Shown: positions 36,081 to 45,925 of the stretch, one piece after another | Numbering within the stretch: position 1 is the first letter of the stretch | How the letters are laid out: every line of letters begins with the position of its first letter | Source of the DNA: a virus | IMG/VR virus record: IMGVR_UViG_3300041964_000099 | Location: 32,001 to 96,000 of that record | DNA length: 64,000 nucleotides | Reading direction: 5' to 3' (one strand) | Program-made: the position numbers and the translations under genes | The notes under the pieces: model-generated | What the model saw: only the letters and a program-made list of their open reading frames with translations | Database searches by the model: none | What the model was told of the DNA's origin: nothing

Positions 36081-36142
36081 ATACCTCTACATGATGAAGT
36101 GTCTAACTTTAATCATGTAGAGGTTTCATCATTTATAAGTGA
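36081..36142. promoter_or_regulatory. Downstream copies of the par 16-bp motif
   Basis: Inverted copy ATACCTCTACATGATG (36081-36096); direct copies AATCATGTAGAGGTTT (36111) and CATCATTTATAAGTGA (36127). Confidence 0.6.
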
Positions 36143-36232
36143 TTACATTCTTAAATGCTGTCATGATGACATGATCGGGTCATGCCAAAGTTTAGGGTGC
36201 GCGTTTTGGTCGATGTAGCGTCACGTTGCACC

Positions 36233-36808
36233 CTAAGTTTTGCCGTGATTCTGCCTGAAGACAGCCATCAAGTCATTCGGATTCTGAATTGCTTCCCGCA
36301 GATCGGCGTACTTGCGCTCGATCGCCATCAGCCAAAAAAGCTCAGTTGGATCGCCCCGATAGAGTAGCCAGCGATTGTCAACCCGCTCAAAAACGTAGAC
36401 TAAATAGACTCCGAGCTTTCGAGCAGCTTGGCTAGGGCTGTAGCTAAGGCTGGAGAGGTTGAGATCGATCTTGAGAATTGGACGAAATTCGCCCGTGGCT
36501 GAAATTTGATAGCTAAAGCAAAGCAGGTGGGTGTACGGGGGTGTGAGAAGCTGCTTCCACAGATCGACTCGCGATCGCCGTTCGTCACTCCATTCGAGCA
36601 TGTCACCATCGGGGATGAAGAACTGCTGTATTTTGTGAGCTGTTGCAAGAGGATCTGCTCTACTTTCTCCACCGGCACTGCTGCTGATGTCAAGGTAGTG
36701 TGTGGCGATTTTTGTGAGCGGGTGGCAGCCGCTCCAGGCGTAATCCGGCGAAGGTTTTCTCGAAGCACGCAGACCAAGGAACGTCGAAAGTCGAGCATAG
36801 AGTTTCAC
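36233..36808 (-). CDS. Hypothetical protein (reading frame uncertain)
   Basis: GTG abuts the upstream stop; competes with overlapping ORFs 36400-36798 and 36506-36832. Confidence 0.35.
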   Translation of the reverse strand: MKLYARLSTFLGLRASRKPSPDYAWSGCHPLTKIATHYLDISSSAGGESRADPLATAHKIQQFFIPDGDMLEWSDERRSRVDLWKQLLTPPYTHLLCFSYQISATGEFRPILKIDLNLSSLSYSPSQAARKLGVYLVYVFERVDNRWLLYRGDPTELFWLMAIERKYADLREAIQNPNDLMAVFRQNHGKT

Positions 36809-37090
36809 TTACTGAGTAGGCTTGCCCATTAGTGTGGCATACGCATTGAGGCGTGCCGTGGGCGTAAGTCGAACAATTGCGGTTCCTGCACCCATTGCAC
36901 CGATCCATCCCAGTGCTTTAGCAGGAGTGAAGTCTTGCTGTACCGATTGCCGTGAGGCCGGTACAACCACACACAAAATCACGAGTAAGTGTAATCCCAG
37001 CTCGATCGGGTCAATTTTTTGACCAAAGATAGAAATGGCAGTGCGTGAACGATTCGGGCACTCGGTTGGGCAGGAATTTGGTTCGGTCAT
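36809..37090 (-). CDS. Small two-TM membrane protein (holin candidate)
   Basis: 93 aa; two hydrophobic segments; sits at the distal end of the tail operon. Confidence 0.4.
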   Translation of the reverse strand: MTEPNSCPTECPNRSRTAISIFGQKIDPIELGLHLLVILCVVVPASRQSVQQDFTPAKALGWIGAMGAGTAIVRLTPTARLNAYATLMGKPTQ

Positions 37091-37156
37091 GGGGTGACAT
37101 CAGGATTGCAATACTCTTAATGTGCCCAGCGGCCAAACCAACAGCGCTCAAAGGTT

Positions 37157-38566
37157 CTACCCAAGCCAAGCTTTGAGGCAACGAGGCGCAAACACATGGT
37201 AGTAAGCAAGATTGCGAGCATCGTTGTTACTTGGAAAGTCACCGTAGCGGGTGTAAAACCTTGTTTGCATCAACAGCTTGCCCTCAGCGATCGCTGTCTC
37301 AGTATTCAAAACCTGATCGAGCTGAACATTACCATCGTCATTTAAGACGCCATCAACAATTTCAGTTGCATTAACTCCAGCCTGAACTGCACTAATCTGC
37401 AACTGCTTAAACTGAGCTGACTGCATTTCTTTCCAGGGCAAGTTATTCTCAACCGCTTCTGAGTTGCTGTTGTAATCTGAATTAGCTTGTGCCCGAAAAA
37501 CCTGAAATCTTTCGCCTGCCAACAATGCCGCAGAAAAAGCAATACCCGAAAAATAGCTCTGATAGGGAGATTTTGTAATGAGGGCATAAGGCGAGAACGG
37601 CTCAGTTAAATCGACCCAATATCTCGGAACAATCCGAGCTGTATCCAGTGGCTCATGCTGTACAACGCTGATCCCTCCTAGAGTTGGATTAATCAAGCTG
37701 GCAAAATCAAAACTAGGTCTTGTAATGTCCGGCAGAACCAATGACTGCTTCACCAAACCGCGATCGCGATAAATTGGCGGCAGACTTTGCGAATCGTCAT
37801 CTCGATCCGTTGGATAGCGCGGCAGCAAATTAGCAGTGTAAGCGCTCCATTCTGGCGGGTAAGTCGTTGCGGGAGAGGGATGCCGCTGATCTGAATTTGC
37901 GGTGCGCGGCTGAAAGCCCAAGTGCGTTTGCTCATGGGTTCGGATCACTTGATCGCGGCGATTAAGCAGCCAGGTAAATAGCCTTAAGTTGTAGCTGGGA
38001 TAAAGGTTTTCTGGATTGACGATCATCACGCTGCCAATCTGCACAATTTTTTGCTGTTCAGAAATCCAGGTCAGCCAATACTGTCGTCTCGTCTGCCTCG
38101 CATCGAGCAGCATTGGGGCTGTGCCCAATTCTTGCAGCGTCGTTAAAGCAGTAACGCTCTGATCAGTCATCAGCCAAATCTTTGAGCCGCCAACCTCATA
38201 CATTCCATTCGTAGCGTTGTCATATTCCACTACCGAAGTCTGAAACAAGACAGTGATGTTGCCTGGATTGCTCGTTACCAAAGTACGGCGACGATGCTGC
38301 ACTACTGTTTCTCTAACAGGAATGGTTTCGGCCCCAACTCCCCACCAGTGCCCGTTTGTGTCTTGCAGCAGCGTTAAATTGTTGCGACTGGGCGCAACAG
38401 TGTTGAGTAGGGTCACGTTGAAAAGTGTCGATCGCCCTTGCAATGGATCTGCCAGTTGAACTGAAATTACCTGCCCCACCGTGCCATAACCTGTGCCGAT
38501 CGCCACAGATTGATAGCTGTCGATTGTCCGGCCCGTGACAGATCGAACAAGCTGATCGCTAATCAT
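37157..38566 (-). CDS. Putative minor tail/virion protein
   Basis: The ATG at 38566 overlaps the upstream stop (ATGA); position in the tail module. Confidence 0.55.
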   Translation of the reverse strand: MISDQLVRSVTGRTIDSYQSVAIGTGYGTVGQVISVQLADPLQGRSTLFNVTLLNTVAPSRNNLTLLQDTNGHWWGVGAETIPVRETVVQHRRRTLVTSNPGNITVLFQTSVVEYDNATNGMYEVGGSKIWLMTDQSVTALTTLQELGTAPMLLDARQTRRQYWLTWISEQQKIVQIGSVMIVNPENLYPSYNLRLFTWLLNRRDQVIRTHEQTHLGFQPRTANSDQRHPSPATTYPPEWSAYTANLLPRYPTDRDDDSQSLPPIYRDRGLVKQSLVLPDITRPSFDFASLINPTLGGISVVQHEPLDTARIVPRYWVDLTEPFSPYALITKSPYQSYFSGIAFSAALLAGERFQVFRAQANSDYNSNSEAVENNLPWKEMQSAQFKQLQISAVQAGVNATEIVDGVLNDDGNVQLDQVLNTETAIAEGKLLMQTRFYTRYGDFPSNNDARNLAYYHVFAPRCLKAWLG

Positions 38567-39564
38567 GCCCAGGCCCACCAAAGATAGTCTTGAGCGCTAT
38601 TGATCGACGAGTGATTGCCAACTTGAAATCCGTTCGCTTGAAATTCGATCGCTAGACTTCCAGGGGTTGAAATGGTTTCCGAAAAAGTTTGATTCGCAAC
38701 TAGATAGCGATTGCCACCCCGCAGCCGATTGAACCAGAACCAATCCCCCGTAGTAATCGATCGCAGCAAAACTAGATTGGGGGTCAATCCGGCGTTGACG
38801 ATCGGGCCTGGGCTGAGGTTTGTGCCAGTGTAGCGGCCAGAAGCAAAAACGCCAGGAACAGGGGCAAACAGATAGGCCACATAGTTTCGACTCGATTGAG
38901 AAAAGGTTGAACCAACCGAAAATTGCGTAGTAGTTGGTTGCGTGCTATTCCAGTAAGTTGCGCTTGAAGCGGGAGCTGAAGAGTTAAAAAACAGTGCGTT
39001 AGAACTTGCGTTGTCCAGCGAAGCGCAATATGCGGCCATTGCCCCGCTTAGACTTGTATTCTTCACCCAGATTAGCGTTGGGGCAACGCCTAAATTGTGC
39101 GTTAGAACTCGCGTTGAGCCATTACCGAGCCAGGTCACGATCGCTGTTCCAGCGCTGGGATCTAGCCTCCAGGCCAGCGAAAGATAATCGAAGTTGTTCG
39201 CTCCGTAACTCGGCGTTGAGAAAAATGTGTACCCATTCGCATAGGCTTGCAGTTCGGGCGAATCAGTCGTGACTCGATTTATGGTGTTGGACGGATCAAT
39301 GATCATCGTCCAGTTCTGCGGCTGATTGTTGAGGCGATGCGATCGAGCGCTTGAACTAAGGCATTTTGTCCAAACGATGCCAGGGTTAAACCCGGTATTG
39401 AGCGCTAGAAAACTGCCTGCACCTCCATCTGAGGAGTTGCCGCCAAATCCGGCATAGCTGGCGATCGCCAGTGAATTCGACCGCAAGATAGTGGCCGCCG
39501 ATCGATTGCGAGAATCAATTTTTCCGGTGCGACGACGCGATCGCCAAAGCAAGATGTCTGACAT
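38563..39564 (-). CDS. Virion structural protein (THNLGVAPTLIWVKN-type domain)
   Basis: WLGNG..THNLGVAP.LIWVK..YVAYLFA..G.YTG..P.LVLLR..W pattern that I recall from cyanophage fibre-associated proteins. Confidence 0.65.
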   Translation of the reverse strand: MSDILLWRSRRRTGKIDSRNRSAATILRSNSLAIASYAGFGGNSSDGGAGSFLALNTGFNPGIVWTKCLSSSARSHRLNNQPQNWTMIIDPSNTINRVTTDSPELQAYANGYTFFSTPSYGANNFDYLSLAWRLDPSAGTAIVTWLGNGSTRVLTHNLGVAPTLIWVKNTSLSGAMAAYCASLDNASSNALFFNSSAPASSATYWNSTQPTTTQFSVGSTFSQSSRNYVAYLFAPVPGVFASGRYTGTNLSPGPIVNAGLTPNLVLLRSITTGDWFWFNRLRGGNRYLVANQTFSETISTPGSLAIEFQANGFQVGNHSSINSAQDYLWWAWA

Positions 39565-39914
39565 TATTCGATCCGGTTAATGTTCGCGCCAACGATCACT
39601 TCTCCAGCCACAGACGCGACTGCTCGCACCGTAATATTTTTCTGGCGTAGTCCACCTTGAAAACCTTGAAAACCTTGGCGCGACGGCAATGCAACTCGCC
39701 CTAAGCAAATCAATACATTGGCAGCGTTGTAATACTGGAAGATCAAATCGGCTTGAGCAAAGTAGTTATTAGCAGCCGATAAAAACAATTCCTCCGGCAG
39801 AGTTGGATGCAATGCACAGATCAACGTGCCGGGTTGAGTTTCGTCGGTGTGCTGCACGATAATTGGAGCGCCATCAAGTGAACCGCTTGGAAATTGAGCC
39901 GAAAGCGTTGCCAT
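39564..39914 (-). CDS. Small tail-associated protein
   Basis: Coupled gene; SGSLDGAPI.V...GT motif that I recall from phage structural modules. Confidence 0.55.
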   Translation of the reverse strand: MATLSAQFPSGSLDGAPIIVQHTDETQPGTLICALHPTLPEELFLSAANNYFAQADLIFQYYNAANVLICLGRVALPSRQGFQGFQGGLRQKNITVRAVASVAGEVIVGANINRIE

Positions 39915-39922
39915 ATCAACCT

Positions 39923-42900
39923 CTACGAAAAAACTTGAGATTCTAATCCAGCTCCACTGCTGCCACCACCACCAGCACCAACCGGACTCGACGATCCGTT
40001 GTTAGGTAATCGCAACATCAACGTGCCGTTGTTGTTCCACAGCGCGATCTGATTCGCGCCGGTTGATGGAGGGCTGACCGTCGAGGTCAAAACAAGGCCG
40101 TTTGCATTGCCGACTGCTCCCGTCGCGCCCTGCGCCCCCTGCGCACCCCGCAAAGCGTTCACCTGCCAGTAAGCCGGATCGGGCGGCGAATTGCCCTCGC
40201 TAGGGTCGGGGTTGATGTAAACGTAACTGCCGTCATCTACCGTGCCCAAATTGAAATCAACAAAATCCAGCTTGCTGTAAGTCGCGAGCGGGTTGTAAGT
40301 TCCACGCGGGTTAAAACTCTGCCCAGTTGCCCCTTGAGTGCCGTTGCGGGCCATTCGCTGCCAGTAGGCAACATTGGGCGGTGCATTGCCGCTGCTGGCG
40401 ACAGGATTGAGATAAAGATAGCTGCCATCGTCAGCAGATCCGGCATCCAAGAAAACCAAGTCGTTATAGGCGTAGTTTCCGATCGGGTTGTACGTTCCTG
40501 CTGGCCGAATGCCGTCGAAAACAATTTGCCAGTTTGAGCCTGCGTCTGTGCTGGGGTCAGCGTTGTTGTTAATCGTCAAACTTAAATACAACTTGCCTTG
40601 ACGCCGTACCACGTCATGCACGGCATAAGTCGCGATCGCCGACCAGTCATTGCGAAACCGCAAACCCCTAGCCAGGGGCAGCCAGTTTGTTCCGTCGTCA
40701 AATAGCGGATCAATATTGGTGCTGGGCTGAACCGCAAACCAGCTTGAATTCCCGGCGCTAACAACGCTGGTGGCGACAAACGTATCAGAACTATTCCAAC
40801 TGCCCTTCAGAAAAATTCCTGGGTCGCCTTTATCCCCTTTGAGGCTAATCACCGAAACCCAGCCGCTAAGTTGCTTAAAGTACAGCAGTCCGGCCTGGGG
40901 ATGCGGGTCTCGAAGAAAATAGTAATCCCCTGGCTCGCCAATGCTGTTGCTCGGTTCCGTTGAACCAAACAAAATCTGTGAACCGTCATCCTTCAGCCAG
41001 CGCCCTGCTTCATTTTCAGCAATATCGCTAGGTCGAATCGATCGATCGCCGTCGTCTGTTTCCGTCGATTCAGGGTGGAAACGGTAAGGATTGCCTTTCT
41101 CGGCCAGATAGCGCGATTGGTAAGGGCTGCGATCGCCCGCTGGCACGGCTCGCATATTGACGATGGAAATCACCGGCTCTGCCCAAACCTGAGTACGCTG
41201 CTCTAACCGCGCCAAACTCGACTGTGCAGTGTGAATGCAGCCAAGAAGCTGTGAATCATGGCTGAGGCTCGTTATCGTTGTGCCGTCGTAGGCAAAGGCA
41301 AAAGCAACTTGAACCCCAGCCGGATAATCGCCCGCCCCGCTGACAACCGCAGTTGCGCTCACAGGCGCAAACAAACTGAAGCTGTCAGCCACAGTCGGCA
41401 GCGTCACGATCGTGCCAGAAGCCCACGACGGCAAGTTAAAGGTCTGGCTCGCGCCATCCACAAAACCCAAATTTGGGAATTCTCGCACTTCGGCCCCAGA
41501 GCGAACGTAAACCGTAACGCTGCTGGCATTCAGCTTGGCGCGGCTGGCAAGTCCGGCAATTCGATCGGGATAGTTAGCGCGAACCTGAGCCGTCGTCCCG
41601 TTGCTTGGGTAGTTCAGTGTGATTTGCAGGCTACCCGCAGCCGTCGTTGGGGCACTAAAGGCACAAGGCGCAGAGACGCCGCTTTGAGTGGAAACGATCG
41701 CCCGCAGCACTTCACCAGATTGAATTGCCCCAGTGCGCAAGTAGATCGCGCCGTTGCCATTGATCACAATGGTCTGAGCGGTCTGATTTGCCAACAGGCC
41801 AAAAATTTGCGATGACCCCAGCGCTGGAAAGTTCCGCCGCCCTACCATGCCTTCACGAGACAAGGCTAAGGCACTCAGTCCGGGATAAGGCACAACCCAG
41901 CCGCGATCGAGGACTGGATAAATCCAGTCGCCCATTGCGGCCCCAACCGGACTGTATTCCCCGACTTGAGCATAGAAAAATGGTTGAATGCTGAGGACGC
42001 TGCCCGCTACCGTTGCCGTCTGAAGTGCAATCAAATCAAACTGCGGTCGGACTTTCAACACATAAGCTTCTCCCGTGCGCAAATCGTCTGGAGCAATTAA
42101 ATCTGTACGGCCAAATTCAAAACTGCGTTCCAAGTCAACATTGGCAAAGGCTTCACCGCTGTCAAACGTTGTGCGAAGCGTGCCGTCGCTGGGTTGGGCA
42201 TAGCCGCCAAACGTCACCCGCAGCAAATGATCAAAGGCGGAAAATTGAGCAATGCCGCTCAGCTCAACATTCAGGCCCACCCGCTGCCCCGCATCGATCG
42301 ACACGGCATCAGTGTTGTAAAGCCAAAACTCCAGCGCTCGCCCGACATCGCCGGTCATCGCGTAAGTTGGCAGCCGCAGGCGCGTCACATCCAGCAAATC
42401 TAGGGGCTGATCGCAGCCACCCCCATCCGTCGTACTCGTAACGACAGCGCTAAAGCTTCCAGGCTTCCATAGCCATGCGCCATCGACATCCGCTAGAACG
42501 GTTTCCCCATTAGGAACAGCCGTACTGTCGGTTTCATACTCAAAAATTTTGCCTTCTAAGCTCGTGATCGCCCGCAGCATCCCTTCAACCGGCAGCAGCG
42601 GCAGATCATTTTCTGCATCGATCGTTTCAGACAGCTCGAAGTATTCATCGCCATCTAGCAGCAAGGTAAGCGGCATGGCGATCGGCTCGCCCTGTGCATC
42701 CACACTGTTGAGCGCTGCCACCTGAACAAAGCTGCTGGCCGTGTTTGAGGTTGAAGCGGCCAGAATGTAGCGCTGCCAGGATTCACCCCCTAACCGCACG
42801 CTGCTGGGCAAAGAGATGCGCAATCTGGATGCAACTGGAATCGTAATCGGGCCAACGATCGGCGACAGAAGATTCACCCCGGCAGGATTTTCACCCACCA

Positions 42901-43006
42901 AGGCAAAGTACAGAGTATGGCTAGCCGTCGTCTGGCCTTCTTCGATCGTTAGCCAGCTCGCCTCAAACGGCAAGCTTGATCGTCCAGATGCAAATTGATA
43001 CCGCAT
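39923..43006 (-). CDS. Tail fibre/receptor-binding protein with carbohydrate-binding-like repeats and collagen-like segments
   Basis: Four or five W/Y..Y...D.V...G..Y repeats near the C-terminus; GDKGDPG and GAQGAQGATG triplets. Confidence 0.7.
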   Translation of the reverse strand: MRYQFASGRSSLPFEASWLTIEEGQTTASHTLYFALVGENPAGVNLLSPIVGPITIPVASRLRISLPSSVRLGGESWQRYILAASTSNTASSFVQVAALNSVDAQGEPIAMPLTLLLDGDEYFELSETIDAENDLPLLPVEGMLRAITSLEGKIFEYETDSTAVPNGETVLADVDGAWLWKPGSFSAVVTSTTDGGGCDQPLDLLDVTRLRLPTYAMTGDVGRALEFWLYNTDAVSIDAGQRVGLNVELSGIAQFSAFDHLLRVTFGGYAQPSDGTLRTTFDSGEAFANVDLERSFEFGRTDLIAPDDLRTGEAYVLKVRPQFDLIALQTATVAGSVLSIQPFFYAQVGEYSPVGAAMGDWIYPVLDRGWVVPYPGLSALALSREGMVGRRNFPALGSSQIFGLLANQTAQTIVINGNGAIYLRTGAIQSGEVLRAIVSTQSGVSAPCAFSAPTTAAGSLQITLNYPSNGTTAQVRANYPDRIAGLASRAKLNASSVTVYVRSGAEVREFPNLGFVDGASQTFNLPSWASGTIVTLPTVADSFSLFAPVSATAVVSGAGDYPAGVQVAFAFAYDGTTITSLSHDSQLLGCIHTAQSSLARLEQRTQVWAEPVISIVNMRAVPAGDRSPYQSRYLAEKGNPYRFHPESTETDDGDRSIRPSDIAENEAGRWLKDDGSQILFGSTEPSNSIGEPGDYYFLRDPHPQAGLLYFKQLSGWVSVISLKGDKGDPGIFLKGSWNSSDTFVATSVVSAGNSSWFAVQPSTNIDPLFDDGTNWLPLARGLRFRNDWSAIATYAVHDVVRRQGKLYLSLTINNNADPSTDAGSNWQIVFDGIRPAGTYNPIGNYAYNDLVFLDAGSADDGSYLYLNPVASSGNAPPNVAYWQRMARNGTQGATGQSFNPRGTYNPLATYSKLDFVDFNLGTVDDGSYVYINPDPSEGNSPPDPAYWQVNALRGAQGAQGATGAVGNANGLVLTSTVSPPSTGANQIALWNNNGTLMLRLPNNGSSSPVGAGGGGSSGAGLESQVFS

Positions 43007-43027
43007 TCGCCTGCGTTGCTCAAAGGC

Positions 43028-43223
43028 TTACGCCTTCAGTGTTCCCGCTTTAACGGAGACGTACACTGCTTCGGGTTGGACGGCTCGCGCCCCTGGTAAT
43101 CGTGTTTTCAACCCTGTTAATTTTCAACGTCAAACCATTGCGAGTGCGCTGGGCCTGGGGCGAAATCAAATTCAGCAAACGCACCCATTCAAGTGCGGCT
43201 TGCTGTTGAGAGCGAGTAATCAT
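43028..43223 (-). CDS. Small hypothetical protein (57 aa as written, 64 aa if T4 at 43121-43124 is T3)
   Basis: The ATG overlaps the upstream stop (ATGA); the alternative tail KLTGLKTRLPGARAVQPEAVYVSVKAG reads more protein-like. Confidence 0.4.
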
Positions 43224-45892
43224 GATGCAAAATTCCTTCGAGTTACTAATGAAAAAGGCATGAGGTCTTTGAGTTCGATCGTTAAACCGCGCGGATTATT
43301 GGGCGGAGAATCATTCGGCGATCCCACCGGCTGATCCTGTCGGTTATTGGAACGACGGCGATAGTGAGTAATCGGAATCTTGCGATCAATTCCGGCCTTC
43401 ACTTGCGATACGTCGGCTGTCAACATTGCAGGCCCACCATCAACACCGCCTTGAATTTTGATCGTGTGATCAACGCTCAAGATGCGAGTGCGATGCGTTT
43501 CTCCCTGCACGTTCAGCCGCGCATAATCTAGGGGCCGCAGCCGCACATTAAACGGCACATCAAACTGATAGCTAATTGAGTTTTGCAAGTCACGAATTAG
43601 CAAGTCAGTTTCAGCATGAGCCAAAGCTTGTGCCACCGTATCGCTTGGCGTACTGATGCTGCCGCCGATCGTGTCTTTGCTTGTCCAGCCTGGAGTGCAG
43701 ACAAAGTGCTCGTACTGCTTAGGACTTTTTTTCGTGCGCGGATCGCCTGATTTGTCTTCAGGCTCATCCCGTTCTTTGTTTGGCGGCTTGCGAGTAGCAG
43801 CCGGTGGGCGATCTGTGTTCTCAGTAAAACTTTCACGGACAGCTTTATCGTTAAAGCCCGCGCCCTGTGCTGAGTCTTCCTTGCGCCACTCTACATAAGC
43901 ATCAACATCCAGCTCGCTAGTTCGAGTGAACTTAAATGCTTCTTGATTGTTGTTGACGCCGGACTTGGTAAAGCGGCTGGGGTAAATTATCCGCTTCACG
44001 CGCACATCTGATTCTTCCCCGGTAATCAAAGGTGGCAGTCGTGTTTCAGGCGTGTCGCCGCTATCTGGATTCGGCATTGATGCGAACGAATTCGTGTAGG
44101 TACGTTCCTCGATCACGAACATCGCTGGCGACCAGGTAGGGTCGCGTACCCAATGCGTTGTGCTGCTGCCGTCACGATTGCAGCGCTCCCACGAAACATA
44201 GGCCGGTTGTTCCTCGGCATCTTCGTAGTATTGCGAGTAAGGCTCTAATATCAAACCCGATCGCTCACACAGGTTGATGCGCCGGAACTCATACATCGAT
44301 CGCCGCACTGGATCATCACTCAGCGAAATTGTTTCAAGCTGATCATCTGACTCAGTTTTGAAGCGACCAAGCCGCCAACCTGTTGCGGTATAGCCAATGT
44401 AAAAGCCATAGGTCGGATCATAGATATAGTCCTTCCGCTTGTACTGCACTGGCCCCCAATAAGTGTCAGGAGCACCATTAATTTCCCCGTCCGGTTTCAC
44501 AACTTGCAAAGCGGTATAAGCCCAGCCATACAGCCATTCTTCATCCATGACCGGCTGCCCATCTTCGCTGGTAGCATGTCGCAATGTTTTGGTTGTGCCG
44601 CTGGTATCCCAATTCAGCGAAAGCGTCTTCAGAGCCGTTGTTTCATCGGGTGGTGTGGCCCAATCTTTGTCGCCAGTCGCGAGCGTGACTCGCTTGGGCG
44701 ATCGCGGTATCCATTGCGGGCGCGGTATCGGACTTTGATCTTGATCATCATCGCTATCCCAGTCGCCCGTCAGCTCCCAGTTATCGTATTGAACTGCATA
44801 GCCTTTATAGTCTGGGCTGTGTTTCGGGCTGCCTTGATATTGGATTTTTAGGTCATTCAAGTCGTAAATCCAGCGGCGACCATCTTGAACAGGCCGCGCA
44901 TAAACCGCATTCGGATTCGTGTAATCGAGATAGCAGCGGTTCTGCCGAACATAGTTTTGAGCTTCCTGACTCCAAACTGCCGTAGCATTCAGCGGCGAAT
45001 CATTTGGAACTTCAATTGACCAGTTGGCAATGTAGCCCCGCGCAGAACCGGCTGATTTCGGCGCGACAAATTTCACTCCCACCTGTGCGGCTAAAGCGGC
45101 GATCGTCACGCCACCCCCCAGCACGCTAATGCTCGGTGGATTTAGCTGACAATTGCCGGAATCTTCACCGTTCAAAACCTTTGTCGTCACCAAATTGCTA
45201 CGCAAACGTGAGGAACGATTGTATTCATCCTTGGCCCATTTTCCGGTCAAGCTGACCTCAAATTCCCACAGGCCCGACTCCTCCAATGATTCCTGCAAAT
45301 CATCTATAGCAAAGCCGCGATTAAACAGTGTCAGCTCAGTGTCTTTTTGCAGCCGCGTGCGCAGCTTTTCCGCAGCTTGACGATCGATCGTTGCCAAACT
45401 CAATGAGCCAGAAGGCTGTTCTTCAAGTGATTCACTCCAGCGAATTTCACCTTTAACAGGCAAATCTTCCAGCACTTTAACCAGGGAAGACGGCACATAG
45501 TCTGTCGGCACGACATCGATCGTGCCTGCAATCACAGCCGATCGCCCTACAGCCAAGCGCCGCCGATCGCGCAACCGTAGCTGAATCGTTGCAGGCTCAC
45601 CTGCAATTGCAAACGTATTAACCGCAGGTGTTGCTGATTCCGCAGGCAGAAAAACCTGACCATCAAATTGAATTTGGTCGATCGATCGCCAGTTATCCGG
45701 CAAAGCGATCGTTGCAGTGTCGCCATCCACTGCGGTAATTGTTCCGGGCACTTGAAACGCATCCCATTCCAGCACTGAATCCAGCACAGGAGCAAGTGAA
45801 CTCAAAGTTGCGATCGGCGTGATCCGGCGATTGCCTAGTTTTGCAATTGGAATGGCGACACTGGGCGTCGCGGCGCGGCTCAAAGTCCACAT
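43220..45892 (-). CDS. Large minor tail protein (baseplate hub/Tal position)
   Basis: 890 aa; second gene after the tape measure; assigned by synteny only. Confidence 0.55.
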   Translation of the reverse strand: MWTLSRAATPSVAIPIAKLGNRRITPIATLSSLAPVLDSVLEWDAFQVPGTITAVDGDTATIALPDNWRSIDQIQFDGQVFLPAESATPAVNTFAIAGEPATIQLRLRDRRRLAVGRSAVIAGTIDVVPTDYVPSSLVKVLEDLPVKGEIRWSESLEEQPSGSLSLATIDRQAAEKLRTRLQKDTELTLFNRGFAIDDLQESLEESGLWEFEVSLTGKWAKDEYNRSSRLRSNLVTTKVLNGEDSGNCQLNPPSISVLGGGVTIAALAAQVGVKFVAPKSAGSARGYIANWSIEVPNDSPLNATAVWSQEAQNYVRQNRCYLDYTNPNAVYARPVQDGRRWIYDLNDLKIQYQGSPKHSPDYKGYAVQYDNWELTGDWDSDDDQDQSPIPRPQWIPRSPKRVTLATGDKDWATPPDETTALKTLSLNWDTSGTTKTLRHATSEDGQPVMDEEWLYGWAYTALQVVKPDGEINGAPDTYWGPVQYKRKDYIYDPTYGFYIGYTATGWRLGRFKTESDDQLETISLSDDPVRRSMYEFRRINLCERSGLILEPYSQYYEDAEEQPAYVSWERCNRDGSSTTHWVRDPTWSPAMFVIEERTYTNSFASMPNPDSGDTPETRLPPLITGEESDVRVKRIIYPSRFTKSGVNNNQEAFKFTRTSELDVDAYVEWRKEDSAQGAGFNDKAVRESFTENTDRPPAATRKPPNKERDEPEDKSGDPRTKKSPKQYEHFVCTPGWTSKDTIGGSISTPSDTVAQALAHAETDLLIRDLQNSISYQFDVPFNVRLRPLDYARLNVQGETHRTRILSVDHTIKIQGGVDGGPAMLTADVSQVKAGIDRKIPITHYRRRSNNRQDQPVGSPNDSPPNNPRGLTIELKDLMPFSLVTRRNFAS

Positions 45893-45925
45893 AGCGGTTC
45901 TAAGTCGTAACTCGCTTAGAATTCC

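Noticed and set aside
37157-43006. Diversity-generating retroelement acting on the tail fibres
   Set aside because: No reverse transcriptase and no template/variable repeat pair noticed in the window.
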